Positions 26,701 through 41,444 of a stretch of DNA of 64,000 nucleotides are shown piece by piece (the first letter of the stretch is position 1; every line of letters begins with the position of its first letter). This DNA is from Chrysomallon squamiferum. Lineage: Eukaryota > Animalia > Mollusca. Location of the stretch: the NCBI GenBank assembly GCA_012295275.1, contig CM022668.1, forward strand, positions 10,478,001-10,542,000, written 5' to 3'. The notes under the pieces were generated by a model that did no database searches, had not been told where the DNA came from, and worked only from the letters and a program-made list of their open reading frames with translations. The translations under genes were made by a program, and so were the position numbers.

Positions 26701-29700
26701 GCTGATATCTCTGCAAAAGATGAACCGACTTTTCTAGTGTTGTTGGATATTACTTGGTGATATCTGCAATTTAGTTTGAAGGTTCATAACCGTTTGAACT
26801 TTATTTAATCTTGTGGATAATGTGACACTGAATTGGTCTTCAGTCAAACGTTTAGGTCTGTTATTAAATAAGAAAGAGATAATATTTAAAAAGAAAATAT
26901 TCATTCACTAATAACAAATTTTGAGTGTCAAACTCCACTATAATAATGTAAATTTACTGCTTTGTGGTAACAAAACAAAAGTACAAAGTTTATTTTTATT
27001 TCGGTTTTTTTCCGTGTTGGACTGTATTGTACCAACAACGGTAAAAACTGGATTAATTATAAGGGGAAATAATCCGTCGACAAAAAAGGAAATTAAAGTT
27101 CGAGAAGTACTTACTAAACGATTCTCTCTTTAGTCAAGAAAAATCTGAGAATCTCGTTAGTTTCTCTTTGCCAGATTTGTTTTTAATAATAATCTTGTGT
27201 TCTAACAGTGAATTATTTTTGTAAAACTCTTATTTTTATATTCCGATTTAATGCAGAATGACTGCTACATTTTATATTAAGTATAATATTATATGACAGT
27301 AATAGTTATAAAGCTATAGTGTAATAATGTTTACAAATTCACATTTTTACAGTTCTTCAGTGTTTAGCTAATTAATGTCTGAATATGGTGATAACAACAC
27401 AAAACTACTTGAGCCATTTAACGCATTTTTATTTATCTTCTTTATCATTATCATTATCGCTGTTATAATCATCACCATCTTCACTATTTTTTATTATCAT
27501 GATAATGGTTGTTATTTTTATTATTATTATTGTGATAACTAAACAGCAGAGAGTATGGAAGCCATATATATTTGGCGCGTATTTTAACGAGGATCTTTTG
27601 ATCAGTGCGCAGTCTTGCAGACACGTTGTCTGAGAGACGTGTTCTCAGGACAAAAGATCACTCATGGTACGGTAATCATGTTTAAATATCTTTTATGTAA
27701 CCTACATGCTCGCTGATGGAACGTAGCCAAGTATATTTCTGTTGAATATTATATAGAGTTATTCTGTGATACTTACTGACACTTGAAAACTAAGTAACAA
27801 ACTAACAAACTAAGATAACTTATTTTAATAACTAAAAGCTTAGATAGAAAGTTGACGTAACTAACGGGGCTTAATTAGAACAGTATTTATCAATGTTATT
27901 TGCATTTATATTATCTCGTGAGATTAATTCGATTGAAGTATATTTGATACACAAAGAAATTACCCATATTCAATTCTTGTTTTCCTTATTATTCTCTAGT
28001 CGATACAGTCTACTCATTTAGTAGTTTAATCTGTATCAGATCGCTAACACCTTGTCACGTGAAGCTATTACAGTATTTAACCCTTTTGACAGGACGAACC
28101 AACGTTAAGGTATTAATACCAGTCAGACTAGTAACCGTGACAGTAATGTCTTTGTATTCCATGCATGAGATTAAACTGATAAGTGTCATTCCGTGTGTAT
28201 CTATTCGGGGTCACCTCACTGTGCCCGCACATATTGTTATATCTTACAGAAGCAGTCAAGAATAGCAAATGATAAAACAGTAGGGGATTACAATATTGTT
28301 TATTTTCCAAAAGTCCAACAATGAACTGATAACATTTCACAGTCCGGGAGACGGAATCAGAATATTCTATTTAATTCAATCACAGTATGTTTGTAATTTC
28401 GACCTTCGAACTTTGACATTTTTAGCTGATATCTCTGCAAAAGGTGTACCAATTTTTATAGTGTTGTTGGATATTACGAGGTGATATCTGCAATTTAGTT
28501 TGAAGGTTCATAACCGTTTGAACTTTATTTAATATTTTGGATAATGTGACACTGAATTGGTCTTCAGTCAAACGTTTAGAACTGTTATTAAATAAGAAAC
28601 AGATAATATTTAAAACGAAAATCTCCATTCACTAATAACAAATTTTGAGTGTCAAACTCCACTATAATAACGTAAATTTACTGCTTTGTGGTAACAAAAC
28701 AACAGTACAAAGTTTATTTTTATTTTGTTTTTTCCGTTTCGGACTGTACTGTACCAACAACGGTAAAAACTGGATTATTTATAAGGGGAAATAATCCGTC
28801 GACAAAAAAGGAAATTAAAGTTCGAGAAGTACTTACTAAACGATTCTCTCTTTAGTCAAGAAAAATCTGAGAATCTCGTTAGTTTCTCTTTGCCAGATTT
28901 GTTTTTAATAATAATCTTGTATTCTAACAGTGAATTATTTTTGTAAAACTCTTATTTTTATATTCCGATTTAATGCAGAATGACTGCTACATTTTATATT
29001 AAGTATAATATTATATTACAGTAATAGTTATAAAGCTATAGTGTAATAATGTTTACAAATTCACATTTTTACAGTTCTTCAGTGTTTAGCTAATTAATGT
29101 CTGAATATGGTGATAACAACACAAAACTACTTGAGCCATTTAACGCATTTTTATTTATCTTCTTTATCATTATCATTATCGCTGTTATAATCATCACCAT
29201 CCTCACTATTTTTATTATCATAATAATGGTTGTTATTTTTATTATTATTATTGTGATAACTTAACAGCAGAGAGTATGGAAGCCATATATATTTGGCGCG
29301 TATTTTAACGAGGATCTTTTGATCAGTGCGCAGTCTTGCAGACACGTTGTCTGAGAGACGTGTTCTCAGGACAAAAGATCACTCATGGTACGGTAATCAT
29401 GTTTAAATATCTTTTATGTAACCTACATGCTCGCTGATGGAACGTAGCCAAGTATATTTCTGTTGAATATTATATAGAGTTATTCTGTGATACTTACTGA
29501 CACTTGAAAACTAAGTAACAAACTAACAAACTAAGATAACTTATTTTAATAACTAAAAGCTTAGATAGAAAGTTGACGTAACTAACGGGGCTTAATTAGA
29601 ACAGTATTTATCAATGTTATTTGCAGTTATATTATCTCGTGAGATTAATTCGATTGAAGTATATTTGATACACAAAGAAATTACCCATATTCAATTCTTG

Positions 29701-30580
29701 TTTTCCTTATTATTCTCTAGTCGATACAGTCTACTCATTTAGTAGTTTAATCTGTATCAGATCGCTAACACCTTGTCACGTGAAGCTATTACAGTATTTA
29801 ACCCTTTTGACAGGACGAGCCAACTTTAAGGTATTAATACCAGTCAGACTAGTAACCGTGACAGTAATGTCTATGTATTCAATGCATGAGATTAAACTGA
29901 TAAGTGTCATTCCGTGTGTATCTATTCGGGGTCACCTCACTGTGCCCGCAGATTTTGTTATATCTTACAGAAGCAGTCAAGAATAGCAAATGATAAAACA
30001 GTAGGGGATTACAGTATCGTTTATTTTCCAAAAGTCCAACAATGGACTGATAACATTTCACAGTCCGGGAGACGGAATCAGAATATTCTATTTAATTCAA
30101 TCACAGTATGTTTGTAATTTCGACCTTCGAACTTTGACATTTTTAGCTCATATTTCTGCAAAAGGTGAACCGACTTTTATAGTCTTGCTGGATATTACGA
30201 CGTGATATCTGCAATTTAGTTTCAAGGTTCAAAACAGTTTAGCATTTATTTCATTTTCTGTATAATGTGACACTGAATTGGTCTTCAGTCAGACATTTAG
30301 AACTGTTAGTAAATAAGAAACAGATAATATTTAAAAAGAAAATCTCCATTCACTAATAACAAATTTTGAGTGTCAAACTCCACTATAATAACGTAAATTT
30401 ACTGCTTTGTGGTAACAAAACAACAGTACAAAGTTTATTTTTATTTCGTTTTTTCCGTTTCGGACTGTACTGTACCAACAACGGTAAAAACTGGATTATT
30501 TATAAGGGGAAATAATCTGTCGACAAAAAAGGAAATCAAAGTTCGAGAAGTACATAGTAAACGATTCTTTTTCTAGCCAA
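23755..30580. repeat. Tandem array family C, ~1.72 kb unit, 4 copies, partly derived from family A
   Basis: Marker gtcttgcagacac at ~24165, 25888, 27612 and 29333 (spacing 1721-1724). The ORF track repeats near-identical short peptides. Segments such as atgcatgagattaaactgataagtgtcattccg and gataatgtgacactgaattggtcttcagtca are homologous to family A. Confidence 0.95.
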
Positions 30581-33378
30581 GAAAAAGGTAAGAATAATTT
30601 AGTTGCCGTTAACCATTGTAACTTCTACATTCGTAATTTCTACATTCATAAATGTTCTTGATCCACAATTTTTAAAAATACGGAGCCATTTGTAATCCGT
30701 TCAGATGTTTACACTTCAAACAGGGAGGTATTAATACATACACCGAAATTTTATGTTTATAGCAATTGTCACAACAAAAATTCAAAAGTATATAATTAGT
30801 TACATGAAATTGTTTATATTCTAGTATGTTTAATATTTAGTAGTAACCTGTCTTCCGATTACAACATTGTACTGTAGTTCGGACTTGGGAAAACTTGTAA
30901 AGGCACGTTCACACTGTTTCCTCATTTCTAACTATTCAAGGACTTTTTCTTTCAGAGAAATTTAACGAATATATATATTATTATTATTTCTTTTCTGTTT
31001 TATATTTTCTATCTTTTATTTTTTATAATTTTCTTTTTATTTATTTTGTTTTTTTCAGTTTTTTTGTTTTTTTGTTTTCTTTTTTTTTGTTGTTATTTTT
31101 GATATTCTAAACTGGATTTGTTATAGTTAATTATAAGTAATATCTATATATTCCAGGTAATTATGCTTCAGATATAACCGATGTCTCATTCTGCATGTAT
31201 ATATTCACTCAGAGGTTCTACCCCGACATGTTCACACTTTCGACAAATTAAAAATCAAATCAAATCAATAAAAAAAAATAGTATGCAAGTTTGTTTATGT
31301 CTCGAACGCCTAAATTTCAAACAGTATCTTAATTCACTCAATACGTTTGTAATTTGGACTTTCTATTTTTGATAGTTTTAGTTAAGTTGGACATTTTTAG
31401 TTAACAGTGTTCAGAGTCTGTTCTCTCAGCAAACGATGAAACAATTTTTATAGTGATGGTGTTGCTTGATATTCAGACGCGATATCTGAAATTTATTTTA
31501 AGGCTCATCATCTTTTGAGCTTTTGTTTAATCTTGTCGATAATGTGATATTGAACTGATCTTCAGTCAGACATTTAGAACTGTTCTTAAATAAGAAATAG
31601 ACAATTTTTAACAGAAAATCTCCATTCACTAATAAGGAATTTTGTGTGTCAGACTGCATATAATAATGTAATTACTGCTTTACTGTAACAAAACAACAGT
31701 ACAACATTTTGTTTTATTTCCTTTTTAACCGTTAACGGCTGTATGTACCAGCAGAACTGAATAATTGCGAAGCCATCACTGGAGCCCTTCTGTGGGTCTC
31801 CTTTATACCAGACATGAATATCATTGTACCAACCAAACTACACAGCAAAGGAATAATTTACAACAACAACAACAAAATGTTAACCACTCACATTTTATGC
31901 AATTCCCTGTTAACATAATCAACAGCTTTCTTTCTACTCCGCCCCCGCATCTTTTCTCAGCACACAAGCGGATCAAATCAATGTTTCAACAGAGAAAGTC
32001 AAAGAATTTCATTCTCTCAGTTTCGTTTTTAATTTTAATTTTCATTGTCATTGTTGGGCAAAAATGCCAAGTTTCTCCACTAACAAAACTAAAATGTTAT
32101 AGCAAAAATAAATATTTATTTTTACCAAATTCAAAATTAAAAAAGAAACTTATTCATTTAACATTATTATTTTTGAAACAGTTCCACAATATGTGTATTT
32201 TTTGGAATTTTACTCCTCTTATATAATCATCATTATAGTTATTATAATAATAATCATCGTTACTTTTATTTTCATTATTACGATGATGGTTATTATTGTT
32301 ATCATCATATTCATCAACGTCGTCATTACTGTTATGAAAACCTACATGACTATGCTATTAAGACTGGGTTATTTATAAAGGGAAATAATCTGTGAATAAA
32401 AAAGGAAGTGTAAGTTCGAGAAGGACTTAATAAACGATTCTGTTTTCTGGTCTAGAAAAAAAGTGAGTATAATTTAGTTACCGCTATCTTTGTAACTTCT
32501 ACATTCGTAATTTCTACTTTCATAAATGATTTTCATCTAGAATTTTTAAATTACGGAGATATTTGTATACCGTTCAGATGTTTACCCTTGAAACAGTGAA
32601 GTATTAATATATATACCGAAACTTTATGCTTATTTCTTTCTTTTTTTTTTTCTTTTTTCTTTTTGTTTTGTTGTTGTTTTGTTCTTTTTGTTTTTATGTT
32701 TTTCTTTTTCTAAACTGGATTTGTTATAGTTAATTATACGTAATATGTATGTATCAGAGGTAAGAGTGCATGAGATAAAAACCGATAACTGTCATTCCGA
32801 GTGTATCTCTTCACTCACAGGTTGTATCCCGACACGTTCACACTTCTGACAAATTAAAAATAAAATAAAATTGAATAAAATTAATAATTTAAAATAAATA
32901 GTATACAAGTTTGTTTATGGTCTTAAACGCCTGAATTTCCAAAAAGTATCTTAATTGAATCAATAAGTTTGTAATTTGGACTTTCAAACTGATATTTTTT
33001 TTTTTTGTAATTTTATTATTGTTATATAATCGTTGTTATCGTTTTTTAAAACGTAACAATTTTTAAAATACGGAGATATTTGTATTCCGTTCAGATGTTA
33101 ACCATTGAAACAGGGAAGTATTAATAGATACATCCAAACTTTATTTTTATAGAACTGTCACAACAAAATGCCATTATCTATATAAAATGGTTATCTTTTT
33201 ATGTTTAATATTTACTAGCAGTCTGTCTTCAGATTACAAATTTGTACAATAGTTCGAACTTGAAAAAGCTGATAAAGGCATGTTCTCACGGTGCGATAAT
33301 TTCTAACGACTCAAGGTCTTTCTTATTTAAGCTATTTACCAGATTTTTATTTATTTTTATATTTTTTATATAATATTT
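30570..33378. repeat. Diverged family A copies up to the scaffold gap
   Basis: Markers cccgacatgttcacac (~31222) and cccgacacgttcacac (~32828) plus other family A blocks. Confidence 0.85.
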
Positions 33379-33578
33379 NNNNNNNNNNNNNNNNNNNNNN
33401 NNNNNNNNNNNNNNNNNNNNNNNNNNNNNNNNNNNNNNNNNNNNNNNNNNNNNNNNNNNNNNNNNNNNNNNNNNNNNNNNNNNNNNNNNNNNNNNNNNNN
33501 NNNNNNNNNNNNNNNNNNNNNNNNNNNNNNNNNNNNNNNNNNNNNNNNNNNNNNNNNNNNNNNNNNNNNNNNNNNNNN
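33379..33578. other. Assembly gap (200 N)
   Basis: Run of 200 N. Confidence 1.
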
Positions 33579-33766
33579 CTAATCGATTTTGTTCCTAAAT
33601 TACTGCAGCAAATTTCTTGTGATATAAATTATTTGGAGATTTCCAGGTGATATTTCCCTGATATTGATTATTTTTAATGTCTCAGTCTGGGATTTTTTTT
33701 TTTTCCCTCTCTCAATATCTTTATCTCGTTAATAATTTAACTTTACAATTTTTTTCTCTCTCTCTT

Positions 33767-33859
<93 letters not shown>

Positions 33860-34002
33860 CTATAAGAACATGTGAACTAATATACTTTAATATATTTTAC
33901 ATCTTTTCTTCCGTGGAATATCAGTGAGTCTGTACCAATGCTAAAGTTAAAACTGTTATTTTTCAGAGTGTAATCAGGGTACTTATGGAAAAAACTGTAA
34001 TG

Positions 34003-34112
<110 letters not shown>

Positions 34113-34271
34113 ACATATAATTCTGACTTACATTATTGTTTATAAAATTTTATCTTGTGTTTATGCTCGTTAAACTAGAACAGAGTTGCTTTAATACAAA
34201 TCAGAATGTTGATTTCTCGAAATTTTTCAGATTAAGAACACAAGTACCAGTTTCTTGTTAATTCCCCCCCC

Positions 34272-34361
<90 letters not shown>

Positions 34362-34705
34362 CAAATAACAGTATGTTTACGGTTGCATACATACAATGAA
34401 AAGCGCTTAGCGATACTGATTCAGTCTCGTAACGAGTACCACACATTAAACACCTCTGATGGGATTAACTAACAACTAGGTGGCGTGTTATAGTGGGAAC
34501 AGATTCATTATTTGTTAGTGTCAAATACAAATCTTCAGTGCAGCTACAACAAACAAGTATAAAGATGAAAACGTTAGGTTTGACAATCGGCGGTTATTCA
34601 TTGTCGTTTCCAGTTGATGGCTTTTGACACTTTAAATATTTTTATTCCAGTTTAAGTGTCCTAGGGCATGTTTTTCAGATGCTAAAGGTTAACATACCGG
34701 TAAAC

Positions 34706-35387
34706 TTGGAACAATATTCTGTTGTTATTTTAAACAATAATGTGTGAAACATCAATGAAACACGTTGTCAACACTTAGAACAATATTCTGTTGTTATTTT
34801 AAACAATAATGTGTGAAACATCAAAGAAACGTTGTCAACGCTTGGAACAATATTCTGTTGTTATTTTAAACAATAATGTGTGAAACATCAAAGAAACGTT
34901 GTCAGCGCTTAGAACAATATTCTGTTGTTATTTTAAACAATAATGTGTGAAACATCAATGAAACGTTGTCAACGCTTGGAACAATATTCTGTTGTTATTT
35001 TAAAACAATAATGTGTGAAACATCAATGAAACACGTTGTCAACGCTTGGAACAATATTCTGTTGTTATTTTAAACAATAATGTGTGAAACATCAATGAAA
35101 CGTTGTCAACGCTTGGAACAATATTCTGTTGTTATTTTAAACAATAATGTGTGAAACATCAATGAAACACGTTGTCAACGCTTGGAACAATATTCTGTTG
35201 TTATTTTAAACAATAATGTGTGAAACATCAATGAAACGTTGTCAACGCTTGGAACAATATTCTGTTGTTATTTTAAATAATAATGTGTGAAACATCAATG
35301 AAACACGTTGTCAACGCTTGGAACAATATTCTGTTGTTATTTTAAACAATAATGTGTGAAACATCAATGAAACACGTTGTCAACGCT
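34706..35387. repeat. Minisatellite, 67-70 bp unit, 10 copies
   Basis: Unit ttggaacaatattctgttgttattttaaacaataatgtgtgaaacatcaatgaaac(ac)gttgtcaacgc starts at 34706, 34775, 34842, 34909, 34976, 35046, 35113, 35182, 35249 and 35318. Confidence 0.97.
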
Positions 35388-35743
35388 CTCGGAATCGTTC
35401 GGTTAAGAACAGGGACACAAAATTGATAATTAATTTTACTCACTAAATTAAATAACTTGTTTATTTATTTATTTATTTATTTATTTGTTTATTTATTTAT
35501 TTATTTGTTTGTGTATTTATTTGTTTATTTATTTGTTTATTATCAATTATTGTTATGTATGTTTATATTTTAATTTTATTTTTGAATTATTTTAGTTTAT
35601 TCATTCATTCCCTGAAAATTTCCAATAGAAATTTTATTTTTCAAGATGTGTCATTCCCTAATTTAATTAAATTAGATTTATTATTACTATGTTAGTACTG
35701 TTTCTTTCTTCATCTATCATCATTATTACTATTCTTACTATCA

Positions 35744-35810
<67 letters not shown>

Positions 35811-36500
35811 GAGCACGTACTACCAAACAGTAAAAAACAACCACATATATATATAAAAGCAATGAAAAAAAGAAGGCATTAATGAAAGAAAAGAAAAAAG
35901 AAAAAAAGCTGATCAATGTAATCAATACACTGGAAATTTAAATGTCCATTATCAAATAACTTCGTGACGGATATTTTTATATCACTGAAACAACAAGATC
36001 GACTTCGACTCCATAACGAAAACTGGTTTATACCGTCAGCCTTTGATCCTATTATGGGATCCTGCCCTACTTCCGCTTTCCACCTGGCTCGTGCGGTCTC
36101 GCGCCTTTCTCCGCCAAAGTGATTTACACGACACTTTTAAAGAATTAAGTAAATCTTGTTGGAAGTGCTATTTTCTACACAACGAAGTATTTTTATCTGT
36201 TTAACATTTTCTTTCTTTGTTACTTTTACCTCTGCTTTATTGGTTTTGCTCTTATTGTTCTTCTTCTTTTTATTATTATTAATTATTATTATTATTATTA
36301 TTCCGACGCTTTTAACTAGAATTAGTCTTTTATGCACTGAGTCGTTGAGACTGGTGTATCTCAGTGTGTCCCGTTTTGTTGTTCACTGGTACAAGTAGAC
36401 AGGTTAGTTTTTGTTATGTGAAAGATATTAGTGTTATATCTGTCTGTCTGACTATCTATCTGTTTATGTGTCTGTATCAGCTATCTCTCTAGATGTGTGC

Positions 36501-36541
<41 letters not shown>

Positions 36542-36550
36542 CATACATAC

Positions 36551-36645
<95 letters not shown>

Positions 36646-36683
36646 GAGAGAGAGGGAGAGAGAGAGAGAAACTGACTGACAGA

Positions 36684-37037
36684 GATAAGTTAATTATAAG
36701 AGTGATAAGTTAATTATAAGAATCACACCAAACGCATATAGATTTTAAAATGCCTTGATTACGTCATCAAATAGATTACGACGTCATTTCTGTCCTTAAT
36801 CTAATAAACTGTTGTGTGGTAAGTTAATTATAACAATCACACCAGACCCATATAGGTTTTAAAATGCGTTGATTACGTCATTATATAGAATACATCATTT
36901 CTAGCCTTCTTTTAATACCTTTTTGTAGACAGACAGATATAGATGTAGATATATACATATATATAAATATATAGATATAGATAATTATATGTACATACGG
37001 ACAGATACATACATACATACATACATACATACATACA

Positions 37038-37073
<36 letters not shown>

Positions 37074-37402
37074 TAGTTACTCTTGTAATTAGCAGACTAT
37101 TGTTGAAATATATACAGATCCGGGTAATGCAATGCCAACTGGTTTACAAATACCGTTGTTTATTTTAATTTTATTTATTTTATTGTTATCACTTTTTTCT
37201 GTTTTATTTCTTTTCTTCTGATAAAATATCGTTCACGTCCTGTAGAACCATAATAGCCACGTGAAACTGCAGTGGGTTTTTATTAGTGCCTGTGTGATAA
37301 GTTAATTATCACAATCACACCAGAGGAATCTAGATTTTAAAATGCCTTGATTACGTCATTATATAGAATACATCATTTCTAGCCTTCTTTTAATACCTTT
37401 TT
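36684..37402. repeat. Local ~70-110 bp repeat, 3 copies
   Basis: gtgataagttaattat...aatcacacca...ttttaaaatgccttgattacgtcat at ~36702, ~36797 and ~37294. The last two share a further ~45 bp. Confidence 0.8.
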
Positions 37403-37967
37403 ATAGTGGTACATTTTTTATTCACCAGTTCTTATAAAATATTGCTGTTAAACTTCACAATGCAATATTTCAGTATTGCTTAATGACAATTTTTCCTTGA
37501 TGACAATTTTTCCAACCTTGTGTTTCAGTATTATATAAAACAATCTATTAACTATTTCAGGACAAATGTTTGTTGGATTCTTCTTTTTTTTTTTTTTTTT
37601 TTTTTCAGTTTTATCATTATTATTTTTATTGGTTTTTCTTTCTTTATCTTTATAAAGATAGAAAGACAGATAGAGAGACAGACAGACATAAGACTGATGT
37701 AAGTATCGATAGAGATATATACTTTTTAAAAACAAATCTAACACGTGATATATAATTATGTATAACTGAATCTTACTCATTTAAACCAGTGATTCTCAAC
37801 TTTGTCGGTGCGGTCCACTTCAGAAAAAGATGTCATCATACAGTTTGGGTGGGGCTGTTATATTTATAACTACATGTACTTTAATTTCACAAAATAACAT
37901 TTTTCATCGAATATCAGTGACCAGTATACATTTTAGTCTATGAGACATTGCCCTTTAAAGAAACATA

Positions 37968-38006
<39 letters not shown>

Positions 38007-39014
38007 TATAATAATAATAATTATTATAATAATAATCATAATCATAATAATAATAACTGCAATCTGAGGATAGATCCTACACATTATAGCACTTCAGGTC
38101 CGCGCTTCAACCATTTTGCTGCGACTCTTTAAATTAAAGCAAAAAATTAAATAAAATAAAATAATAATAATTATTATGGAGCAAGAATAATCAGTAATAA
38201 TAACCATGGAAACGGCACGATGTTTTGAAAATAACTTTGAGACAATTAAAATGCTTTCTAAGAGTAGATCATTATTAATGTCCAATGTCACAAGGGAATG
38301 CGTTTAAAACGAAAACAGCGCAGACGAGATCGACAGTAATCAGATACCTACACGAACCGCAATGAACCCGTTTTATAGCACCTTGAAGTTTTGCATTACC
38401 GTCATTAAAAAAAAAAAAAAAAGAGGAATATTTAAACTACTAGTGCATTATAATGGAAGACTGAGATGAATAAATATATGTCTGTGGTCTGTGTGTCTGT
38501 CTCCAAGTCTGGGTCTATCAGTCCGCTCGCCGTAGTTGTAAGATATTTATGTAACATCGAAAATAAAATAAAAATTAAACAATATTGTAAAATGAAGTTT
38601 GAAGTCATAAAAGTGGATTTTCAAATAAGTATATATAAACATTCATATACTGCAAAGAGACACACAAACTATATCTTGTTTGGTCAAATTCTCTAACAAA
38701 ATGACCACTGCTGTTACATTTATTAAAATAACGGGAAGATTAATTTCGCTAATGCTAGATACAGGTTAGATATATGTTGTTTTTACTATGAGTGGATATA
38801 CTGAGATTTTAAATTAAAACAGGGACAGACAGGTGCATGTAAATATACCTTCATCTACATATATATATTAATGCGTTTTTTATTTTTTTATTATTATTTT
38901 TTTTTTTTTTTATTTTCCTTTTTTTATGTTTTATATATATTTAAAATTTATTTATTATTTTTTTGTCTCACTAACTAAATAAGTTTGCCGTGACTTTCTG
39001 CAGCTTTCACAGAA

Positions 39015-39091
<77 letters not shown>

Positions 39092-39606
39092 TCTTGATTT
39101 ATGTTGATGTTATTTACGAGACTTACACTCGACGTTGTTCCGATTTGACGTCCCGTTTCCATTCACGTTGAAAATATCGGCTGCCATTACGTGGTGTCGG
39201 GTAACAAGAATCATAAATAACCCGAGTTTTTCAAAACAATCGCTCTGACGGGTCGGCAGCACAACACTGCAAAGTGACGTCAGACTCGCAGTTACTTTGA
39301 CCCAGAGGTCATTAGCGCGTGCTGCTTTGTCTCTTTGTTTAGTTAGTCTCGGTTTTCTCATGTTTTACATGCTAATTGCGGTGAAAATTACTATTATCCA
39401 CTTTTGCTGCAGCGATCGAAGTATTTTTTAACATGACCGAAAACCAGTCAATTTACTGTCAGTAAAGACGAGATAGGATTCCATGAATAAATAAATAAAT
39501 AAACACAAATTATATATTTATATATAATAATACTTTATTTTTTATTTATTTATTTTTGTTTTTATTATATGAAAATATAATTGTTATTCTTTATTCTTTT
39601 GTTTCC

Positions 39607-39677
<71 letters not shown>

Positions 39678-40068
39678 TATATTTATAAGTTGTATTCAAA
39701 TGATCTAATTACTATGTAACATTGTTTATTTATTCATTCATTCATTCATTTATTTATTTTTGTACTGTCTTTCTTTGTTTCTGTTTCTTTAACTCTTTTT
39801 ACTTTTTTATTTTGTCTTTCTTTCCTTATTTATTTTCCTTTTTTTATAAAACACACGTTCTTCAACGGGTAGTTATAAATACACTTACTAAAGTACTAGC
39901 TGTGTATTCTGTACATGCATTCGAGTGTTTCTTTCAAATGTGTCAAGCTGTAATCAGAAGTGTAAAATTAATACTGTCAAACAAGTTAACCAGGAAGATG
40001 TTTTTATCTTTATGCAGGAGCGTATCCTGGATTCTAAAGTGGGTAGCAAATGTCTCTCTCTCTCTCTT

Positions 40069-40164
<96 letters not shown>

Positions 40165-40168
40165 TCTT

Positions 40169-40261
<93 letters not shown>

Positions 40262-40761
40262 GCATATGTCACGACGGACAGACATATGTCAATCAAATGA
40301 GAAACATACAAACACATATGAACAGTTTGTACGTATACACAAATACGCATACTTACAGATTTCTAGTATATACACGAATGTAACATATTTTCACCAGGTT
40401 TATTTCATAAGTAGCCTTTGCCCTTGACTAACATTATAAGAACTAAATAAAACAAAAATATAAAAAAGAGGTCATTGGGTTTAACTAATGTAATCTAAAG
40501 TATTGCCTTTTGTTGTGAATACCTCTGTAACGAATGATAAATATGCATTTATTTAAGCTTTAAAAAACGAATTGGCTCTGAAAGTTTATATTCAACAAAA
40601 AAACTAAACAAAACAAAATTTTAAGATAATACTTTTTTATTTTACTTTATTTTGATCTTTAAGTACAAATCAGGTAAATTTCATTTTTATTTTTTCATAG
40701 ATAATATGAACTTTTAAACTATATCACATAATCCAAACAATATGCAAATATGCATACTTGC

Positions 40762-40868
<107 letters not shown>

Positions 40869-41444
40869 TATGAACACAATTAGTATCTTAATACCCAACA
40901 TATTTTCTGTTTTGTGGGGTCTTTACTTATTTATTTATTTTTTGATTTATTTTCAAAACAGTGGTCTTTAAAAAACATTGATGGAAAACATTGTAAGACT
41001 TCATCAAGAATCTATTGGACATTGCCATGTAAGTATATCCACTGTTCCATAACTGATACGTATAACTCTATCACGTAACGACTCATACACTAAGATATTT
41101 TCGGAGTAAACTGGATTTTTCTCAACCATTGATCCGTGACAGGCGTATATATTTCTATTGTATTTTTCATTTCTTGTTGTCTATTTATCCATTTGGCTAT
41201 TACTGATCATACCCAGTATTTAAAAATCGTGTACAAGAAACTTGTTCTGCCCTGTCTGTAAAAGTTTATATACACAAAACTATCCTCGACTCTATCGTAT
41301 CATTATAATTAGGTATCTTACGTTAAGTGTCAGACACTAACAACACACACACACACAGACACACACACACATAGACACACAACCACAAATTCATTTATAA
41401 TATTCAGAGATAATGACATTCGAACAAAATGAATATACATATAT

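Noticed and set aside
4805-32226. Recurrent short ORFs in families A and C (e.g. MKFPVNIINSFLSAEP, MKLLQYLTLLTGRTN)
   Set aside because: They recur only because the DNA is tandemly repeated; frames and stops differ between copies and no protein family is recognised.
34706-35387. CRISPR-like regular repeats with palindromes
   Set aside because: Whole units are repeated with no unique spacers, there are no cas genes, and the context is eukaryotic.
36310-36406. Possible signal-peptide first exon ending cag|gttagt
   Set aside because: No in-frame ATG before the hydrophobic stretch (ATG CAC TGA) and nothing links it to the receptor genes.
37787-37830. CAGTGATTCTCAAC, resembling a hAT/Charlie-type terminal repeat
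   Set aside because: No matching opposite end or 8-bp TSD found nearby; at most a solo fragment.
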